DNA of 64,000 bases, taken from the NCBI GenBank assembly GCA_030704615.1, contig CM060733.1:5208001-5272000 (forward strand), read 5' to 3'. The stretch is from Takakia lepidozioides (taxonomy: Eukaryota; Plantae; Bryophyta). A program made the translations under genes and the position numbers. How positions within the stretch are numbered: the stretch's first letter is position 1; each line of letters starts with the position of its first letter. Below are positions 51,514-64,000 of the stretch, piece by piece. The notes under the pieces were generated by a model. That model saw only the letters and a list, made by a program, of their open reading frames with translations. It ran no database searches and was not told where the DNA came from.

Positions 51514-54500
51514 TGTTAGAATTGAGCAAGAACATGAACAAGAACTAAAGTCTTAGACTAAAGCTAAAACTAAAGCTCTCCTCCCAACCATAGAAACCAC
51601 CATCATACTCTTACCCTTAGACTAATGGCTTCACCCCCGAGCTTGTACAAGAAGGTCTCTAGAAAGTCCTACTTGGTCACTTCCACTTCCACTATGGTGA
51701 GCATCCACCTTCTAGCTATTCACCTTCCAAAGGTGAGTTAAACAAGATAGTCTCTTAGACTTCTAAACCTTTAGCCTTCAAGACTCTTAGTCTTCTAGAT
51801 ATGTTTAATTACTTCCAACACTCCCACTCAATTAAACCATATTATTGAGCTACTTCGTTTGTCTTTGGAGAAGAGACACCAAGTAAGGCTGAACACTTCA
51901 TGTGTTTTGTTTGTGGTAGACTCTTCGCCAAAACATCCGCAACCATATCTCTTGTAGCACAATAGATCATCTTGATCTCGCCCTTGCATACAACTTCCTG
52001 TATGTAGTGATGTTGCACTTCAATGTGCTTCGTCCTTGAATGATACTTCGGATTCTGACTTAGTGCAATCGCACTTTGATTGTCACAATAGAGAGTCGTA
52101 GGTAGTGATTGGAGATGATCCAAATCTCCAAGCAACTTCCATAACCAAATAGCCTCCTTTGCTGCTTGTGTAATGGACATGTACTCAGCTTCTGTTGATG
52201 ACAACGCTGTTGCAACTTGTCGTTTGCTAGACCAATATACACCTCCACCTGCTAGGAGAAAACAATGGCCTGAAGTTGACTTTTTACTATCAACGTCTCC
52301 TGCCCAGTCAGCATCAGCAAACCCCAACAAACTTGGATCTTTCACTCTCTTGTAGAGTAGACCAGAGGTTGATGTTCCTCTTAGATATCGAAATATCCTC
52401 TTCACTGCTTTCCAATGGGTTTGTCCGGGATTTGAAAGAAATTGTGAGACCACTCCCACTGAATGTGCAATGTCTGGCCTAGTACAAACCATGCAATACA
52501 TCAAACTGCCGACTGCGCTTTGATAAGGAGTTTTCCTCATATCCTCTTGCTCTTCTTGAGTCTTAGGTGCCATATACTTCGTAAGTTTCAAACCAACTTC
52601 AAGAGGAGTTGATGTTGGCTTACTCATCTCCAACTTAAACCTTTGTAGAATTGTCTCAATGTATTGTCGTTGATGCATGAATACTGAATGGTTCACTCGA
52701 TCTCTGCTGATTTGAATATCAAGACAGAACCGAATCTCACCCATGTCAGTCATGGCAAACTCAACACTGGTTTTTGGCAACAACCTGTGATGATCGTTGG
52801 TGACAATGATTGTGTCATCCACAAATAGAGCTATGACCACAAATTGCTCTCCCATCTTTTTCACATAGACGTTTGTGTCAGCAATGCTTCGCTCAAATCT
52901 TGCTTTTAAGAGGTAAGCATCGATCCTGGCATACCTAGCTCGAGGACTTTGTTTGAGTCCATACAAACTCTTTTGCAGCTTACACACAATAAAACTTCTC
53001 CTTGTACAAACCCTTCAGGTTGTCTCATGTAGATCTCTTCTTGTAGTTCTCCATTCAGAAATGCGGTCTTAATGAACTTCGTGATCATGTTGAGCTGCAA
53101 GAGCTAACAACACTCTGATAGAATAAATCTTCACCACTGGTGAGAAGGTTTCATTGTAATCCACTCCTTGAATTTGTGCATAGCCTTTAGCTACAAGACG
53201 AGCTTTGTACCGGTAAATAGATCCACCAGCTTTGTACTTCAACTTGAAGATCCACTTGCAACCAATGGCTCTTCGTCCTGTAGGTAACCTAGTGAGTGTC
53301 CATGCTTTGTTTTGCATCAATGAATCCAACTCAGAGTTGATTGCTTCTTCCCATTGTAGTTTGTCTGGAGAGCGCATCGCTTCCTCATATGTAGCAGGCT
53401 CAACCACTTGTGATGCTTCTTCCATAGCTTCAATGGCACTCATAGATGTAATCAGCCTACTAGGAGCTTTTCTTTCCCGCTGAGATCTCCTTAGAATTGG
53501 CACATCTTCAACTTCATCTCTAGAGTCCATATCAACAAGTGGTTCACCAACTTCGACTCCTTGATCAACTCCATCAAGTTGAACACCTCCATCATTTGCT
53601 TCAGCCATCTCTTGTATTGGCTCCTCATAAGACTCCTATTGGAAATGGTGTAATGGCTCTAAGGTCATTCCCATGTCATCTTCTCCCACTACCAAAGAGG
53701 GTATGAAGCCTTCATCAAACACTACGTCCCTACTGTGTTTGACAGCCTTAGTTGTCTTATTGAACAACTTATATCCCTTCACACCTTCTGTGTAGCCAAT
53801 GAAGATGCATCCTTCTGATTCGAAGTCAAGTTTCCTTCGCTTCTGAGTAGAGATATGGACATATACATGACATCCAAAAAAATCCTACAATGAGCCATAC
53901 TAGGCTTTTGACCACTCCATACCTCTTCTGGTGTTTTTCCCAACACTGATTTGGTAGGTATTCTGTAGATATGCTGCAGTGCCAACAGCTTCTGCCCAAA
54001 AATGATTTGAAAGATTCACTTCTTTCAACATACTCCTTGCAGATTTTTGTAGTGATCTATTCATCCGTTCAGCTACACCATTCTTCTCAGGTGTATATGG
54101 AACAGTAAGCTGTCAAGCTATTCCATTCTCTTGACAAAACTGATTGAAAGCCTTTGAGATGTACTCACCACCATTGTCAGATCTCAAAATCTTAAGAGGC
54201 TTTCCAGTTTGTTTTTCTTCAAATACTTTGAACTCCTTGAATTTCTCTAGCACTTGACTTTTCTGCCTTAGGAAATTCACTCCAACCCTCTTTGATAAAT
54301 CATCAATGAATGTCACAAAGTACCTTGCTCCTCCAAGTGATGTGGTTTGCATTGGCCCGAACATATCAGAATGTACAATCTCCAATATACTTGTGGCTCT
54401 TCGTCCACCATCCTTAGGAAATTGATCTCGATGTTGCTTCCCTTCCAAGCAACCTTTGCATAGACACATATCGCTCATCTCCTTCAATGGTAGTCCTTCC

Positions 54501-56271
54501 ACAAGATGGCTTAAGAGTTGCATCTGTCTCAACTTCTTAATACTCACATGACCTAACCTTCTATGCCACAACTCTGTTTCTGACATGACATGTGTAGATC
54601 CCAACTGTGGTGAAAATGTGGTAAGAGCACTAGAGACATGATGTTGTAATCTATACAAGCAATTATCAAGAATAGCTCTTGCTACCACAACTCCTGAGCT
54701 ATCTCTGATAGTACAACTCTTATCTTGGAATACCACTCTGTATCCCTTTGCAACAATTTGCCTTACAGATAGCAGATTTTTTGTTAAAGTACGAACATGT
54801 AGGACATTTTCCACCTCTATGGTTTCCCCTTCATTGAGCATAAAAGAGACTGAGTCTTCCCCACCAATGACATGCTTGCTATCATCTCCCAAAAGAACAT
54901 ATTGTGTAGGTGAAAGAGATCTATATGATAAGAAATGCTCTCTCTCTGAACTCATATGTTGAGATGCTCTAGAATCAACATACCACACATGCTTCTGTCT
55001 CGTAGTGGCTGAGAGAGACACAACAAATAGAATAGCATTTCTCTGATGAGTAGCTATGTTCCCTTGACTCTCTCTGCTGCTCTCATCTGCAATGCGCTTT
55101 CTACAATCCTTGATCATGTGACCAAGTTTCTTGCAATAAAAGCACCTCACTTTGGCCTTTTTGATCTTTGAGCTAGATTGAGGTTTCTGAAACCTCTGGG
55201 ACTTCTGAGACATATGTGAAGGGAGTCTTCTATTCAAGACTACTCCAGTCTTGCCTGTGAACAAAACTCTGTCTACCTCTATAGACGTACCTTGACCTTT
55301 TCTTCTTGTTTTCTCCTTGAGGAGAAGTCCTATGACAACATCAATAGTTAAGTTGGTTTGTCCTGCTAGAGACACCACAAAACCATCATAGGATTCAGGT
55401 AAGGTTGCCAATAACACCACTGCGGCGTGTTCATCAGTCACATTAGTTCCCACAGAGACTAGTTGATCTCGCAACACACAAAACAAATTCAAGTGTTGTT
55501 CAACTGAGTCTGACTCAGTCATCTTCAGACCATAGAACTTTTGCGTCGCATACACTTGCGATGTGACATCCTTCGTCTCATATATGTTTGCTAGCTTATC
55601 CCAAACATCCTTAGCAATCTTAGAACTTATAATGAGATGCAACTGATTGTCTCTCAAGCTTGTGATGATGCTAGCTCTTGCTTTCTGATCTTTCCTATCC
55701 CATATGGCTTGGCCAACAATAGTGTCAGGTCTTGGGACTGATCCATCAACCACTCCCCATAGATCTTTGTCTAGAAGGACCATCTCCATCATAAACTTCC
55801 AAGTTTGATAGTTAGCTCCATTGAATCGATCTTCCACTCTCACATCTAATGCACTCGTCATAGACATAGAAGGAGGATTGCTAGAAGACGATGCTCCAGC
55901 CATAATCAAGTTCTCTCAATCTCAACTACCAACTCTCACCTAGAGAAGAATGGCTCTGATACCATGTTAGAATTGAGCAAGAACATGAACAAGAACTAAA
56001 GTCTTCGACTAAAGCTAAAACTAAAGCTCTCCTCCCAACCATAGAAACCACCATCATACTCTTACCCTTAGACTAGTGGCTTCACCCCTGAGCTTGTACA
56101 AAAAGGTCTCTAGAAAGTCCTTCTTGGTCACTTCCACTTCCACTATGGTGACCATCCACCTTCTAGCCATTCACCTTCCAAAGGTGAGTTAAACAAGATA
56201 GTCTCCTAGACTTCTAAACCTTTGGCCTTCAAGACTCTTAGTCTTCTAGATATGTTTAATTACTTCCAACA
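51514..56271 (-). mobile_element. Full-length Ty1/copia LTR retrotransposon
   Basis: 307-bp LTRs at 51514-51820 and 55965-56271 (~9 mismatches), PBS TGGTATCAGAGCC (tRNA-iMet), PPT TGAGTGGGAG and TSD GAAAG/GGAAG. Confidence 0.97.
51842..55909 (-). pseudogene. Copia gag-pol (gag, zinc knuckle, protease, integrase, RT, RNase H) with frameshifts and stops
   Basis: CFYCKKLGHMIKDC, WYVDSRAS, LWHRRLGH, RSDNGGEY, YKARLVAKG, LFVDD and ADADWAGD. Confidence 0.96.
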
Positions 56272-56878
56272 GGAAGTTTTATGCGTAACTTCATTTGCCT
56301 CTCAAAGAAAATGTACTCGGAAGACTTTGTTTGCCGTAGCCTTGTCAGACAGAGACCCCGCGCCCAATTTGGACGGAAACAGGGGAATAAACATTACCTT
56401 GGTGAGGGGCTGACTCCAGTAGTGGGACTTACCTTGAAATAAACAATGCCAATTAGTTCGGGCTTTCCAGATATCCTCTAGATAACCCTTCACACAAGCA
56501 TCAATCTGCTGTGTGTGCAGCTCAAAAGTTAGATCCCAACAGGACCAGGGCTTTAGTCTCAGCCTCGAGATTTTACCTCTCAAAGACAGAGGTGCACTCA
56601 TTCATGCTCATTTGGGGTTGGCTCCAATACTACCTGTCCTCAATTTGGGTATTGATCCACCAGGGTATGAAACTCAGCCTGAATTTGTAAAAATCTCTTT
56701 AATAGTTGAGGACAACGGTTGGCAATGACTCCCTACTAGAAAGCATGATCTCAGGACCTTTGTCTGCAGAGTGAAAATTCGGATGGTTGTTTTATGAATC
56801 CATTTTCTTCCTCTCTCTCAGCAGGAGCTTCGATATTATACCAAAACAACAAACAGCCTGTCAGGTTAAAAGTGAGAC

Positions 56879-56998
56879 TTGCATGCAAGTTTCAACCCAA
56901 TCATGAGCAAACCGAATAACCACGGCGCGCTCCTCCTCAGCCAGAATGGCTTGGTCCACGGCCCATCCGGAATGCAAATGCGGCAACAAATACGACAT
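56879..56998 (-). CDS. YLS8: Exon 1 of thioredoxin-like U5 snRNP protein DIM1/YLS8 (TXNL4A); possibly a pseudogene
   Basis: MSYLLPHLHSGWAVDQAILAEEERAVVIRFAHDWVETCMQ followed by a GT donor. Too short for the ORF track. Exon 2 was not found in the window. Confidence 0.88.
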
Positions 56999-57465
56999 CT
57001 CCTCGACCCTCCTGAAATCCACACACAATCAAGTAGCCCAAACTCTTCCCTTGTTCAACACTCACTTTCCCCAGAACCCAACCCCTTCTCTCCCTTCTCA
57101 CCTACCCTCTTTTCCCAACTTGACGCCTCCACACTTCTTGCTTACCCACCTTCCACAGCGACAATCTCACTAGACATGATCTTGAGCACTGCAAGCTCGT
57201 CTTGTCTTTCTCTCTCGCCTTCTGCGCTGCTGCGCCAGGAGGACGATGAGGGTTTGGCGGGCTTTACATATATAACGCTTAGGAAATAGGGCATACTGAG
57301 GTCGAATTCAGCCAGATATGATGGTCGCCACCAGTATCCAGGCGAAGAATCATATATAGAAGATTTGAAAGTTATGAGCTCTGCGATTGGAAAGTGGTTG
57401 ACCTTCGGAACACGTTGCCAAGTGAAGAGGTCCATGCGCTATCGATCTCGCGAGCATAAGTCTGG

Positions 57466-57639
57466 CATGCAGATTGCGACTTTGCCATGCTGCGCTTTGT
57501 ATGGAGTAAGCAGCTCATGGGTAGCTCACAGATGTGACCTGTACCTCCATGCTCATGCAGATTGCGACTTTGCCATGCTGCGCTTTGTATGGAGTAAGCA
57601 GCTCACAGGTAGCTCACAGATGTGACCTGTACCTCCATG
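57466..57639. repeat. ~88-bp near-perfect tandem duplication
   Basis: CATGCAGATTGCGACTTTGCC...GTACCTCCATG occurs twice with about two mismatches. Confidence 0.92.
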
Positions 57640-57829
57640 TTGTTGAGGCAGGCGGTGGGGAGTGTAGTATAGATTCATGAGGACGACGCTCATTCAATCA
57701 CACTTCAGCTGGCAGCTTGTCTAGTGATCTCGGTCGACGCTTTCTGCCGCCCACCCTTCTGAGATTGAAGCAGTTAAATTATTTCTGTCTCCTCAGTCTC
57801 TGCGAATTGGTCCGACAAGTCAGTAGGCA

Positions 57830-58168
57830 ATGGAAACAAAGGCTTTATTAATGGCCATGTTCCTGTTCGCCACGGTTGTGGCGCTGCCTGTGAAGGCTAT
57901 GCACATGTGCACCATTGAGAATAAGTCTCAAGTCGACTTCATGATTAATAAGGATATTTCATGTAAAGCGGGTGAGACCATTCTTATAGAGATTGATGGT
58001 TTCTGCAGCTTCCATAACATGTTCTGGAACTCTGATGCCCATGCAGATTTCACGAAAATTCACCGCTGTACGATCCTGGATATGTACGATGGGCGCCACA
58101 GGCACCACCACCACTGCAAGTTCGTCGATGACGCTTTCAATCCCCCCAAGGTCCTTTTCGAACTGTGA
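57830..58168 (+). CDS. Small secreted Cys/His-rich protein, 112 aa
   Basis: Signal-peptide-like N-terminus METKALLMAMFLFATVVALPVKA, five Cys, HRHHHH motif, intronless. Confidence 0.72.
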   Translation: METKALLMAMFLFATVVALPVKAMHMCTIENKSQVDFMINKDISCKAGETILIEIDGFCSFHNMFWNSDAHADFTKIHRCTILDMYDGRHRHHHHCKFVDDAFNPPKVLFEL

Positions 58169-60401
58169 AGGTGGGTCGATCCTCCAAACTACATATTTGT
58201 CTTAAGCTGATTTCGAGCACACTGCCATCTTGCTCTTTAACGAGGAGTCAACCGTTGTGCAGGGCGCAGTGCAGGCTGCGATAGTGCACCATAATTAATC
58301 TAGACAAACTCGGAAATATATCGTGAACTTGGTGCGATTATCATGTTATCTAACGTGTGAGGTATATCATTCCAGCATGAATGCGAACCAAGCTCTTCCT
58401 GAAATCTGTATAACTGTTGAATCCCAAGTCTATCTCAATCTTATATATGTACATGTGATCACTAAATTTCTGTCTTAACTATGCCGTGGAAGTGAATGAA
58501 GCAATGACCCAACGGATTTTCAGTAAGCTTCATTCACAAATCTTTGTTGAGCTTATCCTGTTCCTTTCTCTTCTTATGATCTGACAGGCCACAAGAACAA
58601 GCGGAATCCACGACAACTTTGTGCAGGATTTCATGTACAGCCATCGACAGATACGGAGGTCGAGGTTGACTGCAAATTGAGACAGGTCCATACTGAATAT
58701 GGATTGGTCAGTTAAGAGTAACCTCATATATTCGACGGATGGGCAGTCAGGCAGCAGATCATAGACTTCAACTCCAGGATGTAGATCCACGGGTGTACAT
58801 ACATAGACTTTAAGCTCACTTCAGTGAGCACTTCTGGGGAAGATAGACAAATCCTAGGCAGTTTTTGTCGGTCAGACTCGCTAGAGTGCTTCGAAGTAAA
58901 GAGCAGTCGACCTGTGCAGGAAGGTAGTTGCGACCAAACAACTCATGTACATATCGTTTTGTGCTAAATAATAAATTCTGGTGAGGTATGATCTCCTCGA
59001 CTGCCATATAAAGGTCCAACTTCTCAGCGGACTACACAGAGAAGTGCAACAACTTGTCCGCGAGATCTGAACTGCGAAAGACTTCTGACTGTGCATAAGT
59101 CTTGAACTGAGATGCTTGATAGCCACATCTACATCGGAAACTGAACGGAAACTTGTATCAAGCTTTCTCAAGTCCTTCGACCAGCTCGATCTCTAGAGCT
59201 GTCTCTCTGCCGTAGCAGCACAATACTGGAGCCATGCTTGTTATCCTACTATGTCTGCAAGTATGATCCAGGTTTTAGAACCAGCTCTAATACACTGTCC
59301 CAGGCAGTTGATGATCTGCTAGTGGGAATGTGCTTGTGTGTTTCATACCATCCATTAATTAATTGTGCCGGCAACCTTCAAGTAGTTGGCGCGCGGGACT
59401 CCACGCAAGCAGGAAAATACAACCCCGTTGGAAAACATTTATCCCATATCGTTTTCCCCAAACTTGATCGCATAGTAGTATATAATGCTACTCCTCTCTC
59501 ACCTTTCTTCACAGTCGCGTGCTCAGCACATAGCGAACTATTCTTTCGCCTTTTACTAAAGAATACCGTGCGCGGGGCACAAACAGCGACATACACCAAT
59601 TTTTTGGCTGCCCCCTCCCGGGGCCCTCCAAATAAATCAAGAAGGACATTGTCCGGTCTCTACAGACGAGTATTTCTACTTTAGATGTTCAAAAAAATAA
59701 CAAGCCGGTTCCATGTTTTAAGAGTGTACACAAAATTTTAAAATGTCGGTACTCAACAAACTCAACAGACGCAAGAGTTAGGATTTGCAGACGGTGATCT
59801 GCACCAACCCTGATTTTGACTGGCGGATTGTCGTATGGTATGTCTTCGTTTTCGCCTTGTACCCTGAACCCTTCATAGGACCTATAATATATGCAAGCTA
59901 AATAAATGCCAGAAAAAAATTTAGAAGTGAAAAGAACTTGGTAGGGGGACAGACACAGTGTGCCACTTCAGTTGATATTGGCTTGGAATTTTCTACACAA
60001 GGTTCAAGTAGGAGTGTTTCATGCAAAATTCCTCCCAAAGAGCAATCTACATATGAAGCTGATTACAGCTGTAATGTAAACAGGTTATCATGTGAATGGC
60101 GGCAGCACCATTCACAGCACCTTCAACAGAATCTGTTCTTCGCCCATATATTGTCTGATATGATGAATAGATTCACAAACGTAATCAGATGATCAACCCA
60201 GCATGATCTCTTTACTACCAAGAGGGAGCTCCAGTTTTCTTTGTATAGATAATAGTATCTGTCAACTACCTATCTTACACCTTAAACTTAGCCTTCTCAG
60301 GCACTCTGACATTGCCATGGCCGTTTACCGACATCAGCGTAAGGTAAGCTCTCGCCTTTTCATGATTGTCTCCCTCCTTTGCCTCCAACGAGAAAAATGA
60401 A

Positions 60402-63400
60402 CTAAGAGCTTCTGGGCAGACGCTGCAACTCCAACCCAGCACTGATAGCAGCCTCAGCCACCTGAGGCAAACTGGACTTCCGTAGTCGGATCACAATATT
60501 CTCCAGGGAAATGAAGTTGGAACTTGCGAAAAAGACGGAGGTGGGTAGAGATTGCTGGTTGGTAAGGGCAGCCCGCTGCTCTTTGCAGGCCACTGAGAGG
60601 GCAAACAGCAGTCGCCGTTGCAGCAGGGCCAGGAGAGAGGGGCTGTGATTTTGTGCACAGGTTTCAAGTACACTGGCCAGGCGAGCCATGTTGGAAAGCA
60701 CAGGCCCTGCCGCCAAGCGGGGGGCAGCCTTCACCACCAGCACCAGACATTCAGCAGCAGTCTCTGCAATCCGGGGCTCATGGCTCCCACAAAGCTCTAA
60801 GAAGATGCCCGCATGCATTGCCATGTCTCCTATGTCCTGTATGGCTGTTTTGTAAAGCAAACAGACATTCTGGTGTTAGGGTACACAAGTGCAGTGCAGA
60901 TTCATAGATCCATCATAATTGTTTCCTCATGCGTTTACGGTTTTCCATGAAAGTAAAGCAATTGCAAGATCCTTGTTGAATCAATATGACACTCACCTGG
61001 GGCAGACGGATCACCACCATTAGCAGAACCTGTTACATTTGTGTTGCCACCAAACTCCCTGCTGTTGCCAGCATTTCGGACAAGAAAAAACCGACAAACT
61101 GAAAGAACCGGGTCCAGAAAGTCCTCCATGCCTTTAACATGCACAAAGTCTAACAGTGACCCCACACTGCCCACAACCCGTAGCTCTGACAGAACCCTGG
61201 TCTCAACCTCCGGTGAAGATGCCAAGAAGAGACATAGGCGTACATTGTGGAGGTTGATGCTGGAGAGTTCCCCAAGCAAGGATTCAAAGAATTGGGACAC
61301 CAGTTTCAGCTGCAAAATGTCTGCTATGTGAATGCACTTCAAGTCAAGTAGCATAACCAGTAGCTTCTGAGCATACATGGGAATAGGGTCCTCATCATCC
61401 ACCAGTGCTGAATACATGGGTAGAAAATGCTGCTTGATTATTGCCTCCAGCTTTTCCCTGCAGACCAGAGCTAATTAAGCACTATGTAGTCTACAAATTC
61501 CTTGTAGGATTGCATAAACAAAAAACACACCAGAACCATTATTTCAACCTGCTTAAGCAAACCTGATGTACCTGCGTGTAGAGCCCACGCCCTTCATTGG
61601 TGCCTGGGGGTTATCCAAAGAGCTGGCAGCTGAGATTTCATCGAGAAAGACAACCAGTATATCAAAGAAGATTTTCAGGCAGAGGAATCGCATGTCTCCA
61701 TCGGTATTCTTTTTGTATAAAATAGCCAGACTCGGTAGCACTTGAGTAATGAAGGTATCAGGGTGGGCAAGTAAAATCCCTGACTGCTGCGACAACACCT
61801 CCACTATTTGCAGCAACGTTGACTGGAACTCTTCCTGCCCCTGCATGCCTCATGTATACAGCCTTCCATTCAACTACCGTTTCACACATAGAAGGCCACA
61901 TACACGATGGGAAACAGATATCAAAGTGCTCCAAACCCTTGATATCCACATGACAATTAACCTACAGGATTAGGATAAACCTCATGCTTTCCAATGCCAA
62001 TCAATACAGCAATACTCAACTCCATCTAACAGATTGATGGTCAGCAGTGCACGATATTATGGCAATTTCAGGTGAGTTTCATAGGGCTCGGATTATATAA
62101 CCAATCCAGGAGTATTAGCATCATGCAGACTTGCCCATGTTTGCAGGGAACCCTCTATGTGTTGGGGACGGAATCTAAGCTTTTTCAGGCAAAGGATGCG
62201 ACTGTCACCTGGAAGGAGGAGACCTCCAAACGCTTGAGGAAGGATGCAAGTTGGGTCAAAACGGGCTCATCTATGACCCGGTCTCTGAACATGGGAGATT
62301 TAATCAGAACAAGCACAACTGGAAATAGAGGAACAGAACTCCGCCCCACTCCTCTTCCTGACAATGGCGATGCACCAGGCAATGGAGTAGTTGAGGGTGT
62401 ACGCTTCCCACTGGCCAGATGGGCAATGTCTGTCGATATACTATCCAGAATCCCTGGGACAACAGTCACAATAGTTTGAACCAGAGCCTCCATACACTGC
62501 TGTACATACACATCTTTTTCCTTGGTCAGTCTCTCAACTGCTGGCAGCAATTTGGCATTGCAAAGGGAGGGGAGCCATCGGCGGTTGATCTTGCAGAGAA
62601 GAGCGGCACAAACGAATGCCTTGCCACGCAAAACCTCTGGTCCCTGTTCCACATTCCACACCATAAACATAAGAGTAATCAAACAATCACCTGGTCTTTG
62701 GTACTGCTTGACTCAATTTGCTTTAACAAAACTTAGGGTCTTACCTGGTCAGCAAATTGCCAACAATCCACAAACATTGCCACCAGGGCTTGTGACAGTC
62801 ACACGTCAACATCCCACACAGACCACCACACCAGAAGTAGTACATGCAAGGTATCCTACGCATGTCATTGCCACTGCAGCAGATAGCTGTACCATGCAGC
62901 TGTAGTACTAGGGCAAAGAATCAAACGGAAAGGCTGGATCCTGTATTTAGAAGATATGAAAGTAAGAGATAAATAACTGCAACCTGGCAAACATACAGAT
63001 GGATTTGGTTGCTAAAGACTCATTTAAAGGACAAGGTCTATTGAACTGCAGTGAGATCAATCTCCCCTCCGCAACATAACATTGTTACAATGTCATCAAT
63101 AGGCCAAATAACAGAGATTGTCTCGTAAGTCAATTTTTGTCAGAGTATGTCTAGGTCACCACTACTCTTGTGATGTGACTCCACCTCAATATAGTATCAC
63201 TAGTATTGCATGGAACACTTGTGCAAATATCTGTTTGTGAACTCTGACCTGCTCCAGCATAGCAACCACGCAAGGTACAAGGCTCCTTTCCTCCAAGAGA
63301 GCCAGTAAGTACTTGCCCATATTGGTGATTACACTGCTCCCAACAAGTGCCATATTCAAGAGGTTGATGTTAACTTGTTGCTCTCTGGCACTCCCTCTTG

Positions 63401-63701
63401 CCAGACCTGCCACCAACTCTTTGAATGTGAGCTTTTCGAGAACGACTGGAATGGTGGAGGGGCTGAACCGGACTAAGCGCACCAGGCAGGAGCCGGCAGT
63501 TGCCCGGAGGTTCTCGGGTTTTGCTGAGGCTCGAAATGTGTGACAGAGATTCTCGAGGACTTCATGGCTGGTGAATCGGGTGGCCCACTCCCCTCCTTGG
63601 CTTGCAATATTTTCGATGGTTTTTAAAGCATAGTGTTGGGTCACATCATCCTCACCCTTGCGAAGAATGGAGGCCACCAGTGCAACTGTTGAAGTGGGAA
63701 T
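60402..63701 (-). CDS. RUK: RUNKEL (ULK4-like kinase/HEAT-repeat microtubule protein), last five exons: 63701-63249, 62643-62209, 61840-61572, 61457-60997, 60844-60402. The gene continues beyond the window
   Basis: LRKGEDDVTQHYALKTIENI, EVLRGKA, RFLCLKIFFD and DEDPIPMYAQKLLVML. GT-AG introns have compatible phases. Confidence 0.9.
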
Positions 63702-64000
63702 CTGCCATGGCCAGGAAGTCAGGAATTTGCAGGAGAAAAATGAGATTGGAAGACAGACAATCTGAATGACTTGGTCTTTTCAATTTGACGTCTTGCAACC
63801 TCAAAAGAAGAACAAAGCTGGTGCTGGGATCCATACGAATGGACACAACCTTGTTCTACACCTTACATGCCTACAAATAATAGAATAGATAGATCAGTAT
63901 GATCAGTATACTTGACAAACCCACCACTTTGGAAGACATTTGTTCAGATTTAATCTCTTCTGCAGCTCTTTCATTCTATCAGTCACAAGCCTCCAAAATA

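Larger units (their letters stand above)
51232..56600. repeat. Diverged inverted repeat with arms ~51232-51425 and ~56360-56600, interrupted near its centre by the copia element
   Basis: AAAATCTTGAGGCTGAGCCTAAAGCC, GATGCTTGTGTGAAGGG and TACTGGAGTGAGCCGCTCACCAAG each have reverse-complement counterparts in the right arm. Confidence 0.75.

Noticed and set aside
58530-59240. Three staggered minus-strand ORFs suggesting a decayed gene
   Set aside because: No recognisable domain or splice pattern, so a call cannot be supported.

Overview
Eukaryotic, TE-dense land-plant genomic DNA. A non-seed plant is likely, but this is inferred from gene content and not proven. The first ~56 kb is mostly nested, decaying transposons: three copies of one Ty3/gypsy family carrying a large extra ORF after pol, a second gypsy remnant, a CACTA transposase split by a gypsy insertion (TCTTC TSD), a LINE RT fragment, a PIF/Harbinger remnant, a CACTA end, and a full-length Ty1/copia inserted in an inverted repeat. 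Host genes lie at the right end: exon 1 of DIM1/YLS8, a small secreted Cys-rich protein, and the 3' exons of RUNKEL (ULK4-like). Two gene modules next to long palindromic-repeat arrays are the most unusual features. One is an intronless non-RD protein kinase, a hAT transposase and an NLS/coiled-coil ORF separated by mutually inverted GCGACCGCC..GGCGGTCGC arrays (35-44.5 kb). The other is a spliced ParB/Sulfiredoxin-domain gene with an upstream array of 30-36 bp palindromes reminiscent of ParB-parS (9.7-13.9 kb). The gypsy family also shows a consistent 5'-LTR versus 3'-LTR sequence difference.
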